A DNA stretch of 64,000 bases, from the NCBI GenBank assembly GCA_024280855.1, contig JAJRPG010000018.1, positions 7,386-71,385 of the forward strand. The letters are read 5' to 3'. The DNA is from Planctomycetota bacterium. Its GTDB lineage: Bacteria > Planctomycetota > Phycisphaerae > UBA1845. This document shows positions 37,001 to 47,127 of the stretch, in pieces. A program made the translations under genes and the position numbers. Each line of letters begins with the position of its first letter. Positions within the stretch are counted from its first letter, which is position 1. The notes beneath the pieces are model-generated. The model was not told the origin of the DNA, made no database searches, and was given only the letters and a program-made list of their open reading frames with translations.

Positions 37001-37789
37001 CTAGGGTTCACAAGATTCAAACAGGCAATCGTCGAAAGCCTGGTGTATTTCACGGCGGCACTGTTCTCCGGCGACAGTCGTTTGGCATTCGGCTAGCAAC
37101 ACGTCGGCTTCTGTTCGGCATACCGCTTCACAGGCTTCGGGCATGTCGCAAGTATCTCGCACACATCGACCCAGGAACCATGCGCCTCGATGACGACAGT
37201 GGAGGTCTTCGTTTTCATTGTTCTCACACGCTCGGATAATGTGTCCGCCGGCGATTCGGCAAAAATCTTCACAAACTGGTAGCTCGTCACATTCCTGTTC
37301 GACACACGTCATGCCGGCTTCCTTGGCTTCCCCTGCACATGTCTCCTCGACGCCACCCTCTTCGATACATGCGTCAAATAATTCTTTACTTTGCGACTTA
37401 CAAATTTCCGCACACGGAGGCAGTTGGCCACATCTCTGAGAGAGGCATCGCAACCCGATGGCGTGCGCTCGTTTGGTACATAATTCCTGGTCCCCTTCTT
37501 CTTTCATGCATCGTTGGAAAGCCTTCGCGCCTCGGCCCTTGCAGACTTTTTGACAGCTAGCACCACCGTCACAGGCCCGACTGCAGGCTCGAAGCCCAGG
37601 TCGAAACCTTGAGGCACATTCTCGCCTGTCGCCACCATTATCTACACAGGTCTGGACCAATTCTCGAAACCCATTCAAGCATTGTCTGAGACAAGGATTG
37701 CCTCTGTCTCCCCTAGGCTTTCCGCCGGGCTGGGCCAAGGTCAGGCTAGCCATGCTTGCTGCCATTATGATCGTCATTGTAATTTTCAT
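37001..37789 (-). CDS. Secreted cysteine-rich repeat protein (5 repeats of 6 Cys)
   Basis: Signal peptide (TLA|Q), AGGAG RBS, five repeats of C-x3-C-x10-C-x8/9-C-x10-C-x3/4-C. Confidence 0.85.
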   Translation of the reverse strand: MKITMTIIMAASMASLTLAQPGGKPRGDRGNPCLRQCLNGFRELVQTCVDNGGDRRECASRFRPGLRACSRACDGGASCQKVCKGRGAKAFQRCMKEEGDQELCTKRAHAIGLRCLSQRCGQLPPCAEICKSQSKELFDACIEEGGVEETCAGEAKEAGMTCVEQECDELPVCEDFCRIAGGHIIRACENNENEDLHCRHRGAWFLGRCVRDTCDMPEACEAVCRTEADVLLAECQTTVAGEQCRREIHQAFDDCLFESCEP

Positions 37790-37858
37790 CGCTCATTCTC
37801 CTATGTATCGGCCCCCACCGGTGGACAAACGCCCATGAAACCGGCCTCACCATCAGGC

Positions 37859-37886
37859 TAAACGACGAGGCGAGACGCTTATTGCC
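37859..37886 (-). promoter_or_regulatory. Candidate ECF-sigma promoter
   Basis: Minus strand GGCAAT-N16-CGTTTA, about 70 nt upstream of the Cys-rich gene; ECF-type -35/-10 spacing. Confidence 0.4.
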
Positions 37887-38180
37887 AACACCCTAAAAAT
37901 TACTTTTCAATGGCATTATCCAGTTATCGGTCCTGAGTCTCGGAATAAAGCACATAGCAGAATCATGGCGTGGACGAGGCGGCTAGTGTTCATAGGCGAG
38001 ACACAATTAAAGTCGCAGGTTATTTTTGTGACTCAAGGTGTCATTATTAGTCTGGTTGACTATCTCGGGCGGTGACTGCGATGCGATTATGCCTTATCAT
38101 GCAACAGGTGACTGAGACATGCGCAGCCTGCGTGTCGGTCAATTTGTGAAATTAACCTGCATGTTCACCGGAGAAAGCCT

Positions 38181-39368
38181 TTGGGTACAACGCCTTTGCC
38201 ATTATTACCGATTTGGTCAGAGATGGAGCCGCCATCTCGCAGGGTGAAGTACGTCCGCGACCCGGATAAGGTGACACAAATCCCGGAATCCGAAAAGGCT
38301 ATACTGAAACGCGTGGCTGAGAAGTATGTGTTTCGGGCCAACGATTATTACCTGGAGTTGATCGACTGGAACGACCCCCACGACCCCATTAAACAGCTAA
38401 TCATTCCGCGCGAGGAAGAGCTAACGGACTGGGGGAAACTGGACGCGAGCAACGAGGAATCTGTAACGGTTTCTCATGGCGTACAACATAAATATGCGGA
38501 CACTGCCCTGCTGCTGTGCAATGAGGTTTGTGGCGCGTATTGTCGATACTGCTTTCGTAAACGCTTGTTTATGGAAGGCAACGACGAAGTTAGTAACGAC
38601 GTTTCCGACGGTCTGAATTATATAGCTAGTCATCCGAGCATTACGAATGTGTTGCTTACCGGTGGCGACCCACTACTCATGAGTACGCGAAGATTGTCTG
38701 AGATTATTTCAGCGCTGCGCGATATTGACCATGTAAAAATTATTCGCATCGGCTCTAAAATGCCAGCGTTTGATCCTTGGCGATTGACGAAGGATCAAGA
38801 ACTTCAAGCCGTGCTGCGGAAATACTCCACACCGACGAAGCGCATCTACTTAATGGCTCACTTTGATCATCCTCGTGAGTTGACCGATGCCGCGATTGCC
38901 GGGATTAACTGCTTTATTCGCAATGGCGTAATCTGCGTGAATCAATGCCCTATCATTCGTGGGGTTAATGACGACTCGGAAGTTCTCGCTGACATGTACG
39001 CGACACTTTCTCATATTGGCTGCACACCGTACTACTTGTTCCAAGGTAGGCCAACTGCGGGGAATGAGCCATATGAGGTTCCGCTCGTGCGTAGTTGGGA
39101 GATTTTTACCGAAGCGATTCGTCGTGGTTCGGGCTTGGCTCGTCGTGTACGCTTTGTGATGTCCCACGAAACGGGCAAAGTAGAAGTCTTAGCTGTGGAT
39201 GAACACCACATTTTTCTTCGGTATCACCGCGCGAAAAACCCGGCTGATTGCGGGCGGTTTATTATTTGTAAGCGTGATGATGAGGCTTATTGGCTGGACG
39301 ATCTGGAATCGATTGACGGACTAGGCTCGCTACCGCTAACGACTGATATTCATGCAAATGATGAGTAG
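38181..39368 (+). CDS. KamA-family radical SAM aminomutase (lysine 2,3-aminomutase-like)
   Basis: HKY.DTALL, CGAYCRYCFRKR, LLTGGDPL, HFDHPRE, RGVNDD and PYYLFQ motifs. TTG start with GGAG RBS; alternative ATG at 38223. Confidence 0.88.
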   Translation: MGTTPLPLLPIWSEMEPPSRRVKYVRDPDKVTQIPESEKAILKRVAEKYVFRANDYYLELIDWNDPHDPIKQLIIPREEELTDWGKLDASNEESVTVSHGVQHKYADTALLLCNEVCGAYCRYCFRKRLFMEGNDEVSNDVSDGLNYIASHPSITNVLLTGGDPLLMSTRRLSEIISALRDIDHVKIIRIGSKMPAFDPWRLTKDQELQAVLRKYSTPTKRIYLMAHFDHPRELTDAAIAGINCFIRNGVICVNQCPIIRGVNDDSEVLADMYATLSHIGCTPYYLFQGRPTAGNEPYEVPLVRSWEIFTEAIRRGSGLARRVRFVMSHETGKVEVLAVDEHHIFLRYHRAKNPADCGRFIICKRDDEAYWLDDLESIDGLGSLPLTTDIHANDE

Positions 39369-39419
39369 CTTTTTCCTTGAAGGCCGCGTGGGAACGCTAT
39401 GTCGAGATCGACTGCTTTC

Positions 39420-42242
39420 TCATTGTTGATGGTCGGCCAAGCTGTTTGTTAGTACGCAGGGTATCAATTTCTCGACCATTTCTTTAACGATGTGACTTCT
39501 GACCGGCTTTGAAATATAGTCGTTCATGCCTGCTTTTAGGCATGTTTCGCGGTCGCCTTTCATGGCGTTCGCAGTCATTGCGACAATTGGCAGATCGTTC
39601 CATCGGCCATCATCGCGGATGCGCTTGGTCGCTTGCAGTCCATCCATGACAGGCATTTGCATGTCCATGAAAATGAGATCGAATGTTTCGTACTCTAAAA
39701 TGTCGAGCGCCACTTGGCCATCTTCCGCTTCAACCGTGGTGTGTCCGAGCTTATTGAGAATACCGCAAGCGACCCTACGGTTCACTACGTTGTCTTCCAC
39801 GATAAGTATTTTAGCCACGAAGCTGCGGCAATTTTCTGCGTCTACTGGCTCGTCTTTTGAGGGTTTCTTGCCAAAGGATATGGCTTCATCAGGTTCTACC
39901 AAAGCGTTTATCAGCGCTCTTTTGAGAATAGATCGTTTAACCGGTTTCATAAGGAAAGCCGCGACGTTGGCGGCCGGGTCTTTCTCTACCAAGTTTTTCA
40001 CTTCCACTGAACTAAGGAATATGACTTGTGGTTGGCCATGGGCAACATCGCTGCGTATTAGTTTTTCGACTTCAACGCCATCCACCTCAGGCATACAGGC
40101 ATCTAACAGCACTATGTCGATCGGATGATGATCTGCGTTGGCCGCGCGTAACGCTTCTAACGCCTCTTCTCCACCAAGAGCTAGGACCGGTTGAAATCCC
40201 CACGTCTGGAGCATTATGTCGAGTACGCGTCGATTTGTAGCGTTGTCGTCCACGACCAAGATGCGTTTGTGAGAGATGTTTTTCAACAAGCCGGTGCGCG
40301 GAACGGATTCAGTAGCCTTGGGCGGAACACCTTTGGCTATGGAGATGCGAAAGCTAAATGTGCTACCCTTTCCAGGCTGGCTATTGACCCATATTTTCCC
40401 GTTCATGGATTCTACGATTCGCTGGGAAATGGTTAGCCCCAGGCCGGTTCCGCCAAATTTGCGAGTGGTTGCGCCATCTGCCTGCGAGAAGCTCTCGAAT
40501 ATGGCTGCCTGGCGGTCGGCCGGAATGCCAATTCCTGTGTCAGACACCGAGAAAAGTAATGTTGTGTTGTTACTGTCATTTGTTTCGGCTTGTACGGCTA
40601 TTACAATCTCACCGCTCTGTGTGAATTTTACAGCGTTGCCTACGAGATTTATAAGCACCTGTCGTAATCGAACAGGGTCGCCGCTTAGGTATTGAGGTAC
40701 GTTGGGTTGTACGTCGTAAATAAGCTCCAAACCTTTTTCCTGTACACGGTGAGAGATGACATCACCGACGCTTTCAACGGTATCCAGCAGCGAGAAATCA
40801 ATCGTCTCCAATTCTAATTTGCCAGCCTCAATTTTCGATAAGTCGAGTATGTCATTTAACAGACCAAGCAATGCGCTGGAGCAATCCAGCACTGTACTCA
40901 GATAATCACGCTGCGTTTCTGATAATTCACTATCAAGGGCTAATTCTGTCATGCCCACGATGCCGTTCATCGGGGTACGAATTTCATGGCTCATGTTAGC
41001 CAGGAATTCACTTTTGGCGCGTGTCGCTGCTACCGCTTCGATTCTAGCATGTTGCAAGTGTTTATTGGCGTCAATCAAATTCTCTTGTTGCGTGACAAGT
41101 TCCGCCGTTCGCTCGCGGACATGGTTTTCGAGGTTGAGATTCCTATCGATAAGCGCTTTCTTATTGCGCCCCACGAGATATGTCACTGTGATAAGCCCGA
41201 TCGCTAAAACCCATACACCCAGACAGGCCACAATTGCGGTGTCCTGAGCATTGGTTACATCCGGTCGATTCCAATAGGTTGAATTGGGGACACCTGTCCA
41301 GAGAAGCCAGGTCGAACCAGCATCTTGTATGCCCAAATTTAGCGTCTCAGAATATAGGAGGCTTGGGTCAGGCTGGCCCGCTGTTGCATAGGAGGGAGAA
41401 TATTCTGATTGGCCCGTCGTATGCGAATTGATGTTGTAGTTGTACGCGGTATTAGCTATTGCATAATTGCCGGTAGGCAGCAGGTCACTAAGCGCATGGG
41501 TTAAGATGATACCGCTAATGCAGCCTTTTAGTTTGTCATCGGGGCCAAAAAAAGGAACAGAATATAAAAGCCCTGCCCGGTCCTTGTCGTCCGGCTTACT
41601 CACGGAATACCGGCTATTGTCGCAGGTCACGACTTCCTCGCCACCAATCGCGGGATGATCAAGCCCGTGAATGGACTGCATAGTCGGCGTGTTCTCTCGC
41701 ATCCAGGCTAACTGCTTTTTCATTAAGCGGTATTCATAGATTTCAATTTCTTCAAGCTCTTCCTCGTCTTCGCTTTCCTCTGAATCATCTGTATCCGCCG
41801 TTCGGCCAACAATTAGTTCATCAAACGTCGTAATGGGTTCTTGCAACTTTCCAGTATGCTCATCTATTTCGTCAGGCTCCATGTCAACTGGCACGATATA
41901 AACCTCTGACATTGCGACGTTGCTGGCGAGATTATTGTAAATCTCTTGGACTGTGAGTCTGGCGTTTTCATCGAAAGTATTTTCGATGGAATCTGAATCA
42001 TGGCTTGATGGATAACGGGCTATGCCACGCACGCCGGGAAGTCTGGCGATAGTGCGCAGTCCTTGATACATATCTCTTAACGAGGTTTCTATATCATGAC
42101 CAACTAATGACGCAGCATTGTGTTGCTCATAACGGTAGCTTTCGAGCGCGGCTCGGAGGTCTCGGCGATACTTCCACTGAACCACAACCGACAGGCTGAT
42201 GACAGCTACAAAAATGACTATATATATTGCTCGATTTTTCAT
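39420..42242 (-). CDS. Hybrid sensor histidine kinase with two receiver domains
   Basis: TM-periplasmic-TM, [25 protein letters not shown]1 (VDDN...LLDACMP) and REC2 (VEDN...FMDMQMP). Confidence 0.93.
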   Translation of the reverse strand: MKNRAIYIVIFVAVISLSVVVQWKYRRDLRAALESYRYEQHNAASLVGHDIETSLRDMYQGLRTIARLPGVRGIARYPSSHDSDSIENTFDENARLTVQEIYNNLASNVAMSEVYIVPVDMEPDEIDEHTGKLQEPITTFDELIVGRTADTDDSEESEDEEELEEIEIYEYRLMKKQLAWMRENTPTMQSIHGLDHPAIGGEEVVTCDNSRYSVSKPDDKDRAGLLYSVPFFGPDDKLKGCISGIILTHALSDLLPTGNYAIANTAYNYNINSHTTGQSEYSPSYATAGQPDPSLLYSETLNLGIQDAGSTWLLWTGVPNSTYWNRPDVTNAQDTAIVACLGVWVLAIGLITVTYLVGRNKKALIDRNLNLENHVRERTAELVTQQENLIDANKHLQHARIEAVAATRAKSEFLANMSHEIRTPMNGIVGMTELALDSELSETQRDYLSTVLDCSSALLGLLNDILDLSKIEAGKLELETIDFSLLDTVESVGDVISHRVQEKGLELIYDVQPNVPQYLSGDPVRLRQVLINLVGNAVKFTQSGEIVIAVQAETNDSNNTTLLFSVSDTGIGIPADRQAAIFESFSQADGATTRKFGGTGLGLTISQRIVESMNGKIWVNSQPGKGSTFSFRISIAKGVPPKATESVPRTGLLKNISHKRILVVDDNATNRRVLDIMLQTWGFQPVLALGGEEALEALRAANADHHPIDIVLLDACMPEVDGVEVEKLIRSDVAHGQPQVIFLSSVEVKNLVEKDPAANVAAFLMKPVKRSILKRALINALVEPDEAISFGKKPSKDEPVDAENCRSFVAKILIVEDNVVNRRVACGILNKLGHTTVEAEDGQVALDILEYETFDLIFMDMQMPVMDGLQATKRIRDDGRWNDLPIVAMTANAMKGDRETCLKAGMNDYISKPVRSHIVKEMVEKLIPCVLTNSLADHQQ

Positions 42243-42410
42243 AATCGTTCGTTTGCAATCAAACAGGCCATGTACATGATGCTGAGCGAATCATATGCCC
42301 AAACTTTGATTGGGGTACGTCACCTACAAATCGACTTTCTGCCATCAGGTGCAAACTTCCAGCGAAACCGGTGATGAATTTACCGGCCCGTAAGGAATCA
42401 CCTTATAGAA

Positions 42411-42437
42411 CTATCGGACAATCCGTTGGGCAGTTTG
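42411..42437 (-). promoter_or_regulatory. Sigma-28-like promoter for the hybrid kinase
   Basis: Minus strand CAAA-N15-TCCGATAG. Confidence 0.5.
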
Positions 42438-42533
42438 GCTTATGGTTATGATTACAGGTGTGTCATCAGGGTCCGAGAAAATCAAACAGGATTTCTACAT
42501 GTGCAGTATATTATAGGGCGACAGGCTATAAGC

Positions 42534-42932
42534 TTATCGCCGAAAGTGAGGAGACTTATTAGCCATGACCGCTTTGCGCCTTGGCTGAGTGGAGGTATCG
42601 GGGAGAGCCGTCGTATCAGGTAAAGAGGGTATAGCAGGCACGCCGCCCGCGCGGAGGACTAACAGGGCAGCAAACGCATCTACAGCCTGGTTAATCTGCG
42701 TGACAATGAGGTCTACGGCCTGTACGAATAAATCGGTCCTTATGGAGCCGGGGCGCGAGGTGGCAGTAATTTGGACTGGTCGTCCGAACTCCTGAGCGCG
42801 GAAAACGCCACCATTCACCATCTCGCCAGGACGCTGCCCTCTGCTAATGGATAGCTGAGCGAATGCAGATGTTGTCCCGAAACATAATGACATGGCTGCG
42901 ATAGCAAGAATCGTATGTCGAATTCGCATCAT
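42534..42932 (-). CDS. Hypothetical secreted protein
   Basis: 132-aa ORF with an AFA|Q signal peptide; fills the gap downstream of gyrA. Confidence 0.55.
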   Translation of the reverse strand: MMRIRHTILAIAAMSLCFGTTSAFAQLSISRGQRPGEMVNGGVFRAQEFGRPVQITATSRPGSIRTDLFVQAVDLIVTQINQAVDAFAALLVLRAGGVPAIPSLPDTTALPDTSTQPRRKAVMANKSPHFRR

Positions 42933-43088
42933 AAACCAACTTTCATGCCGCAGGGTAAATCATTCAAGGCCATGTTTTGTACCGACGACCACGACGCCGG
43001 TTTCACTATAGCTACCTCGTATGTATTGTATTTCGGCTAGAATGTCGCCTCCACACAAGAAAAGAGTGCCTAATCCGCGAAAACACTC

Positions 43089-45674
43089 CTAAGAGGCGTC
43101 ATTTGCTCCCGATTCCTCGCCCGGCTCTTCGTTTGCAGTCTCATCGCTATCGCCGTTTTCCTGCAACATGCGGGCGATGGCTACGACCGAATCTTCTTTC
43201 TTGAGGCTGATGAGGCGAACGCCTTGGGTGGCCCGACCGATTTCACGCAATACGCTGAGGTCGGTTCGGAGCATCATGCCCTTTTTGGTGACTAGCATCA
43301 GTTCATAACCGTCGTCCACCGCAGCGATGGCTACCACTTGCCCGTTGCGTTCGGTTGTCTTGATATTGATGACGCCTTTACCGCCGCGACGGGTTTTTCG
43401 GTATTCTTCGATTTTGGTTCGCTTGCCGTAACCTAATTCGCATACGGTTAGCACGGATGAGCCTGGGTCGATAGCGACCATCGAAACGACTTTGTCTTTT
43501 TCTGCGAGTGACATGCCACGGACACCTCGTGCGGTTCGTCCCATCGCCCGGACGTCATTTTCGTCGAAGCGGATAGCCATGCCTCCGCTTGAGCCTAGAA
43601 CGATTTCGTTTTCACCCGTCGTCCGCCTTACGTTGATAAGTTCGTCACCCTCATCAAGCGTGATAGCCATGATGCCGTTGGCACGGGGTCGAGAGAAGGC
43701 AGCCATCGGTGTCTTTTTCACCGTGCCATTCGCCGTGGCGAAGAAGACGAAAGATTCTTCAAACGCTTTGACGGGAAGCACCGCTCGATGCTGTTCGCCT
43801 TCTTTCATTTGTAGAACATTAGCTAGCGAGCGACCACGCGCGGTTCGGCCCATGGCAGGCAAGTCGAACACCCTCATCCAGTACACCCGGCCATGACTGG
43901 TGAAGACGAGTAAATAATCATGCGTGGAAACCGCGAACAGATATTCGAGGAAATCGCCCTCTTTAGTCGTCCCGCCGCGAACTCCCTTACCACCTCGGCC
44001 TTGGGTTCGGTAGGTGTCCATGTCCGTGCGTTTGATATAACCCTCGCGGGAAATGGTTACGACGACCTGCTCGTCTGGAATAAGTTCTTCGATGCTGAAA
44101 TCTGTAGTGGCTTCGACGATCTCCGTTCGGCGCTTGGTGCCGAATTTTTGTTTCATCTCGTATAGGTCTTCTCGGATGATGTCGAAAATCATGTTTTCAT
44201 CACGAAGAATAGCCTCATACCCATCAATTTCCTCTGAAAGTTTGGTATACTCTGCGGCGAGTTTTTCAATTTCCAGCCCGGTCAACCTCTGCAATTGCAT
44301 GGTCAAAATAGCGTTGGCCTGCACGGTAGTGAGGTGGTTATCCACGCCAGCGAAACGGTCCTTGAAATTCTGTGGGAGCAGTTTCAATAGCGTATCGGAT
44401 TCCGAAAGTCGCAGGGTGCGGGCAACCAACGAAGCACGGGCGGCGGCAGGGTCTGGCGATTTTTTGATTAGCTCTATGATTTCGTCAATGTCACCAATGG
44501 CTAGGATTAAGCCTTCCAGAATATGTGCCCGTTGCTTAGCTCGGCGTAATAGGAAATTCGTGCGGCGCCGAATGACAATTTTACGATGATCGACATACAG
44601 GCTTAGCATTTCCTTGATCGAAAGCGTTTTTGGCTGGCGGTTTACCAAGGCGATGTTCATGATGTGATAGTTCGATTGAAGCGGCGTGTACTCGAAGAGC
44701 TGATTCATAATCACATCTTCGTTGGCGTCGCGCTTAAGGTCTATTTCAATGCGAACTTCTTGCTTTCGATCGGAAGCGTCGTTGACCGCGGCTACGTCTT
44801 TGATCATGCCCGACTTCACAGCCGTAGCTATTTTTTCGGTAATCGTGCAGCGCAATACGGTATAGGGTAGCTCGGTGACTATGATGGTTTTTCGACCGGT
44901 GCGTCCCTCTTCTACATGGCATCTACCGCGCATTGTGATGGAGCCTCGGCCTGTAGAATAAGCGTCGACAATGCCGCGTCGTCCGCAAATTTGACCACCC
45001 GTCGGGAAATCCGGTCCGGGCAATACAGCCATGATGTCTTGAAGCGTGAGTTCGGGGTTGTCCAACAGAGCAAGAATCGCATCGCACACTTCAGAGACAT
45101 TATGCGGCGCGAGATTGGTAGCCATCCCAACGGCAATGCCGGTCGCGCCGTTGACCAAAAGATTTGGAAATTTGCCCGGTAACACCGTTGGCTCTTGGCG
45201 CGAGTTATCGTAGTTGGGTACGAAATCTACGGTGTCGTATTCAATGTCGTCCATGAGTGCGACGCTAGCTGCGTGCATACGGGCTTCGGTATATCGCATC
45301 GCAGCGGGCGGGTCGCCGTCTATGGAGCCAAAGTTTCCCTGTCCATCAATAAGCGGCTGACTCAGGTTCCAGTGTTGAGCTAATCGAACCAGCGTAGGAT
45401 AGATGACGGCGTCACCGTGTGGATGATAGTTACCGCTGGTGTCACCACTAATTTTAGAGCATTTTTTTGTTTGTGCGCGCGGACCTAAGTTAAGGTCGTT
45501 CATAGCTACGAGGATACGCCGCTGCGAAGGTTTCAAGCCATCACGCACATCTGGAAGCGCGCGAGACATGATGACGCTCATGGAATATGTGAGGTAAGAA
45601 TCCTGCATCTCGTCGATGAGAGGATGGTCAATTATGCGTTCGAGTGGAGCAGAAGATTCCGGTGCCTGAGTCAT
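43089..45674 (-). CDS. gyrA: DNA gyrase subunit A
   Basis: [18 protein letters not shown], catalytic AAMRYTEAR, GyrA-box QGRGGKG, beta-pinwheel repeats. Confidence 0.97.
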   Translation of the reverse strand: MTQAPESSAPLERIIDHPLIDEMQDSYLTYSMSVIMSRALPDVRDGLKPSQRRILVAMNDLNLGPRAQTKKCSKISGDTSGNYHPHGDAVIYPTLVRLAQHWNLSQPLIDGQGNFGSIDGDPPAAMRYTEARMHAASVALMDDIEYDTVDFVPNYDNSRQEPTVLPGKFPNLLVNGATGIAVGMATNLAPHNVSEVCDAILALLDNPELTLQDIMAVLPGPDFPTGGQICGRRGIVDAYSTGRGSITMRGRCHVEEGRTGRKTIIVTELPYTVLRCTITEKIATAVKSGMIKDVAAVNDASDRKQEVRIEIDLKRDANEDVIMNQLFEYTPLQSNYHIMNIALVNRQPKTLSIKEMLSLYVDHRKIVIRRRTNFLLRRAKQRAHILEGLILAIGDIDEIIELIKKSPDPAAARASLVARTLRLSESDTLLKLLPQNFKDRFAGVDNHLTTVQANAILTMQLQRLTGLEIEKLAAEYTKLSEEIDGYEAILRDENMIFDIIREDLYEMKQKFGTKRRTEIVEATTDFSIEELIPDEQVVVTISREGYIKRTDMDTYRTQGRGGKGVRGGTTKEGDFLEYLFAVSTHDYLLVFTSHGRVYWMRVFDLPAMGRTARGRSLANVLQMKEGEQHRAVLPVKAFEESFVFFATANGTVKKTPMAAFSRPRANGIMAITLDEGDELINVRRTTGENEIVLGSSGGMAIRFDENDVRAMGRTARGVRGMSLAEKDKVVSMVAIDPGSSVLTVCELGYGKRTKIEEYRKTRRGGKGVINIKTTERNGQVVAIAAVDDGYELMLVTKKGMMLRTDLSVLREIGRATQGVRLISLKKEDSVVAIARMLQENGDSDETANEEPGEESGANDAS

Positions 45675-45915
45675 GGATAGTCCTTACAACCTAACTGGCG
45701 AACTCATCCTGAATTCGCGATATATACAAGCAGACATTTTAAGCGAAACCGTAGTATTTTCAATGTTTCATTGCCAATTCTCTTGGTCATTTTTGGTACT
45801 GTGCAGAGTGGGTGTGAGATGTTAAAATGTCGAGGCCTCAGAGCGGGCTGGTCTGCACATCGCGACTGGAGCCTCCCATAGCATATTTGACTGCAGGGCA
45901 ATTGAGAGACTCCTA

Positions 45916-47115
45916 TTGGCGGCTAAAAAAACCAAGCCATCTCCCATTCTTATCACAGAAGCCCAGCCGTTAAGCGAAGCTTGTGCGCGATGCCGCGACG
46001 CTGGAATAATAGGCTTTGATACTGAATTCGTGATGGAAGACCGGTACATGCCTGAGGTCTGTCTCATTCAAATAGCTATTGCTGATGCGGTGTTTATTGT
46101 GGACCCGCTCGCCGACCTGGATGTCACTGAAATTTGGGATATTGTAGCAGATAAAGATATCACAACTATTGTCCACGCGGGCTACGAAGATATGGCTTTG
46201 TGCGCTCAACACCTAGGCCAACCCCCTGCGGCGGTTTTTGACACGCAGATTGCAGCCGGTTTGTGCGACCTCGACTATCCGCTGAGTTTATTACGCCTGG
46301 TTCACACGAGTCTTGGCGTGAAGCTCAACAAATCCAAAACGTTGACCGATTGGCGGCGGCGTCCCTTAGCGGAAGCTCAGATTCATTATGGCGCGGAAGA
46401 CGTGAACTATCTTTTGAGCGTCCACGCAAAACTTCAATCCTATTTGAAAAAAAATAAACGGTTGAGTTGGGCGGAAGAAGAGTTCGCCAAATTTTCCGAC
46501 ATGAAAACTTACCAAAAAAACGACGAACAAAAGTTTTCGAAAATTAAGGGTGGTGGCTCTCTACGCGGGCATTCACTCATGGTGTTACACGATTTATGCG
46601 CCTGGCGAGATGCCTTTGCCGAGCGGGTTAATCGGCCTGCGCGAACGGTATTGCGAGACCATCTGCTGGTTGAAATTGCCAAACATCAACTATCAAACCC
46701 TACGGAAATTTCCGAACTTCGTGGCAATAATCTTAGCCGGCGCGATGTCAAAGAATTAGCTGCTGTGGTCGCAACAGCCCTGGAAAAAACGCCGCCCAAA
46801 CAGCCAGCTCGGCTTCACCGTGACATTGAAACGCCGAAAGAGGCGGCTATTGTTGCACTTACGCAGGCGGCTATCCGAAGCTATTGCCTAGAGAATGGAC
46901 TGGCCTACGGGCTAGTTGCTACACAGAAAACTATTCGGCAACTCGTTCATCTGCAAAACAATGCCACATCCGAAACGAATCAGACTCCCGAATTATTGGC
47001 TGGTTGGCGAGGCCAAACAGTGGGGAAAGTGGTTGGCGATCTGCTCGCGGGGCACGGGCATCTTAGTGTTACAATGATTCGTAATGAATTGACGGTTCAA
47101 ATCAAGCAAGAATAG
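45916..47115 (+). CDS. rnd: Ribonuclease D with HRDC domain
   Basis: FDTEF, CLIQIA, FDTQIAA, TDWRRRPL, YGAEDV and the C-terminal GWR motif. Confidence 0.9.
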   Translation: MAAKKTKPSPILITEAQPLSEACARCRDAGIIGFDTEFVMEDRYMPEVCLIQIAIADAVFIVDPLADLDVTEIWDIVADKDITTIVHAGYEDMALCAQHLGQPPAAVFDTQIAAGLCDLDYPLSLLRLVHTSLGVKLNKSKTLTDWRRRPLAEAQIHYGAEDVNYLLSVHAKLQSYLKKNKRLSWAEEEFAKFSDMKTYQKNDEQKFSKIKGGGSLRGHSLMVLHDLCAWRDAFAERVNRPARTVLRDHLLVEIAKHQLSNPTEISELRGNNLSRRDVKELAAVVATALEKTPPKQPARLHRDIETPKEAAIVALTQAAIRSYCLENGLAYGLVATQKTIRQLVHLQNNATSETNQTPELLAGWRGQTVGKVVGDLLAGHGHLSVTMIRNELTVQIKQE

Positions 47116-47127
47116 TTGCTCAATTTA

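Noticed and set aside
37001-37789. Multiheme cytochrome, ferredoxin or radical-SAM-modified RiPP precursor reading of the Cys-rich protein
   Set aside because: It has no CxxCH or CxxCxxC motifs and does have a Sec-type signal peptide. The neighbouring radical SAM is KamA-type, with no SPASM or RRE domain.
42348-42410. GCAAAC...GAAA...CCGGCC resembling a c-di-GMP-I riboswitch
   Set aside because: The P2 pairing is poor, the GACGCAAA element is missing, and it is on the strand opposite to the downstream kinase gene. An Infernal search would settle it.
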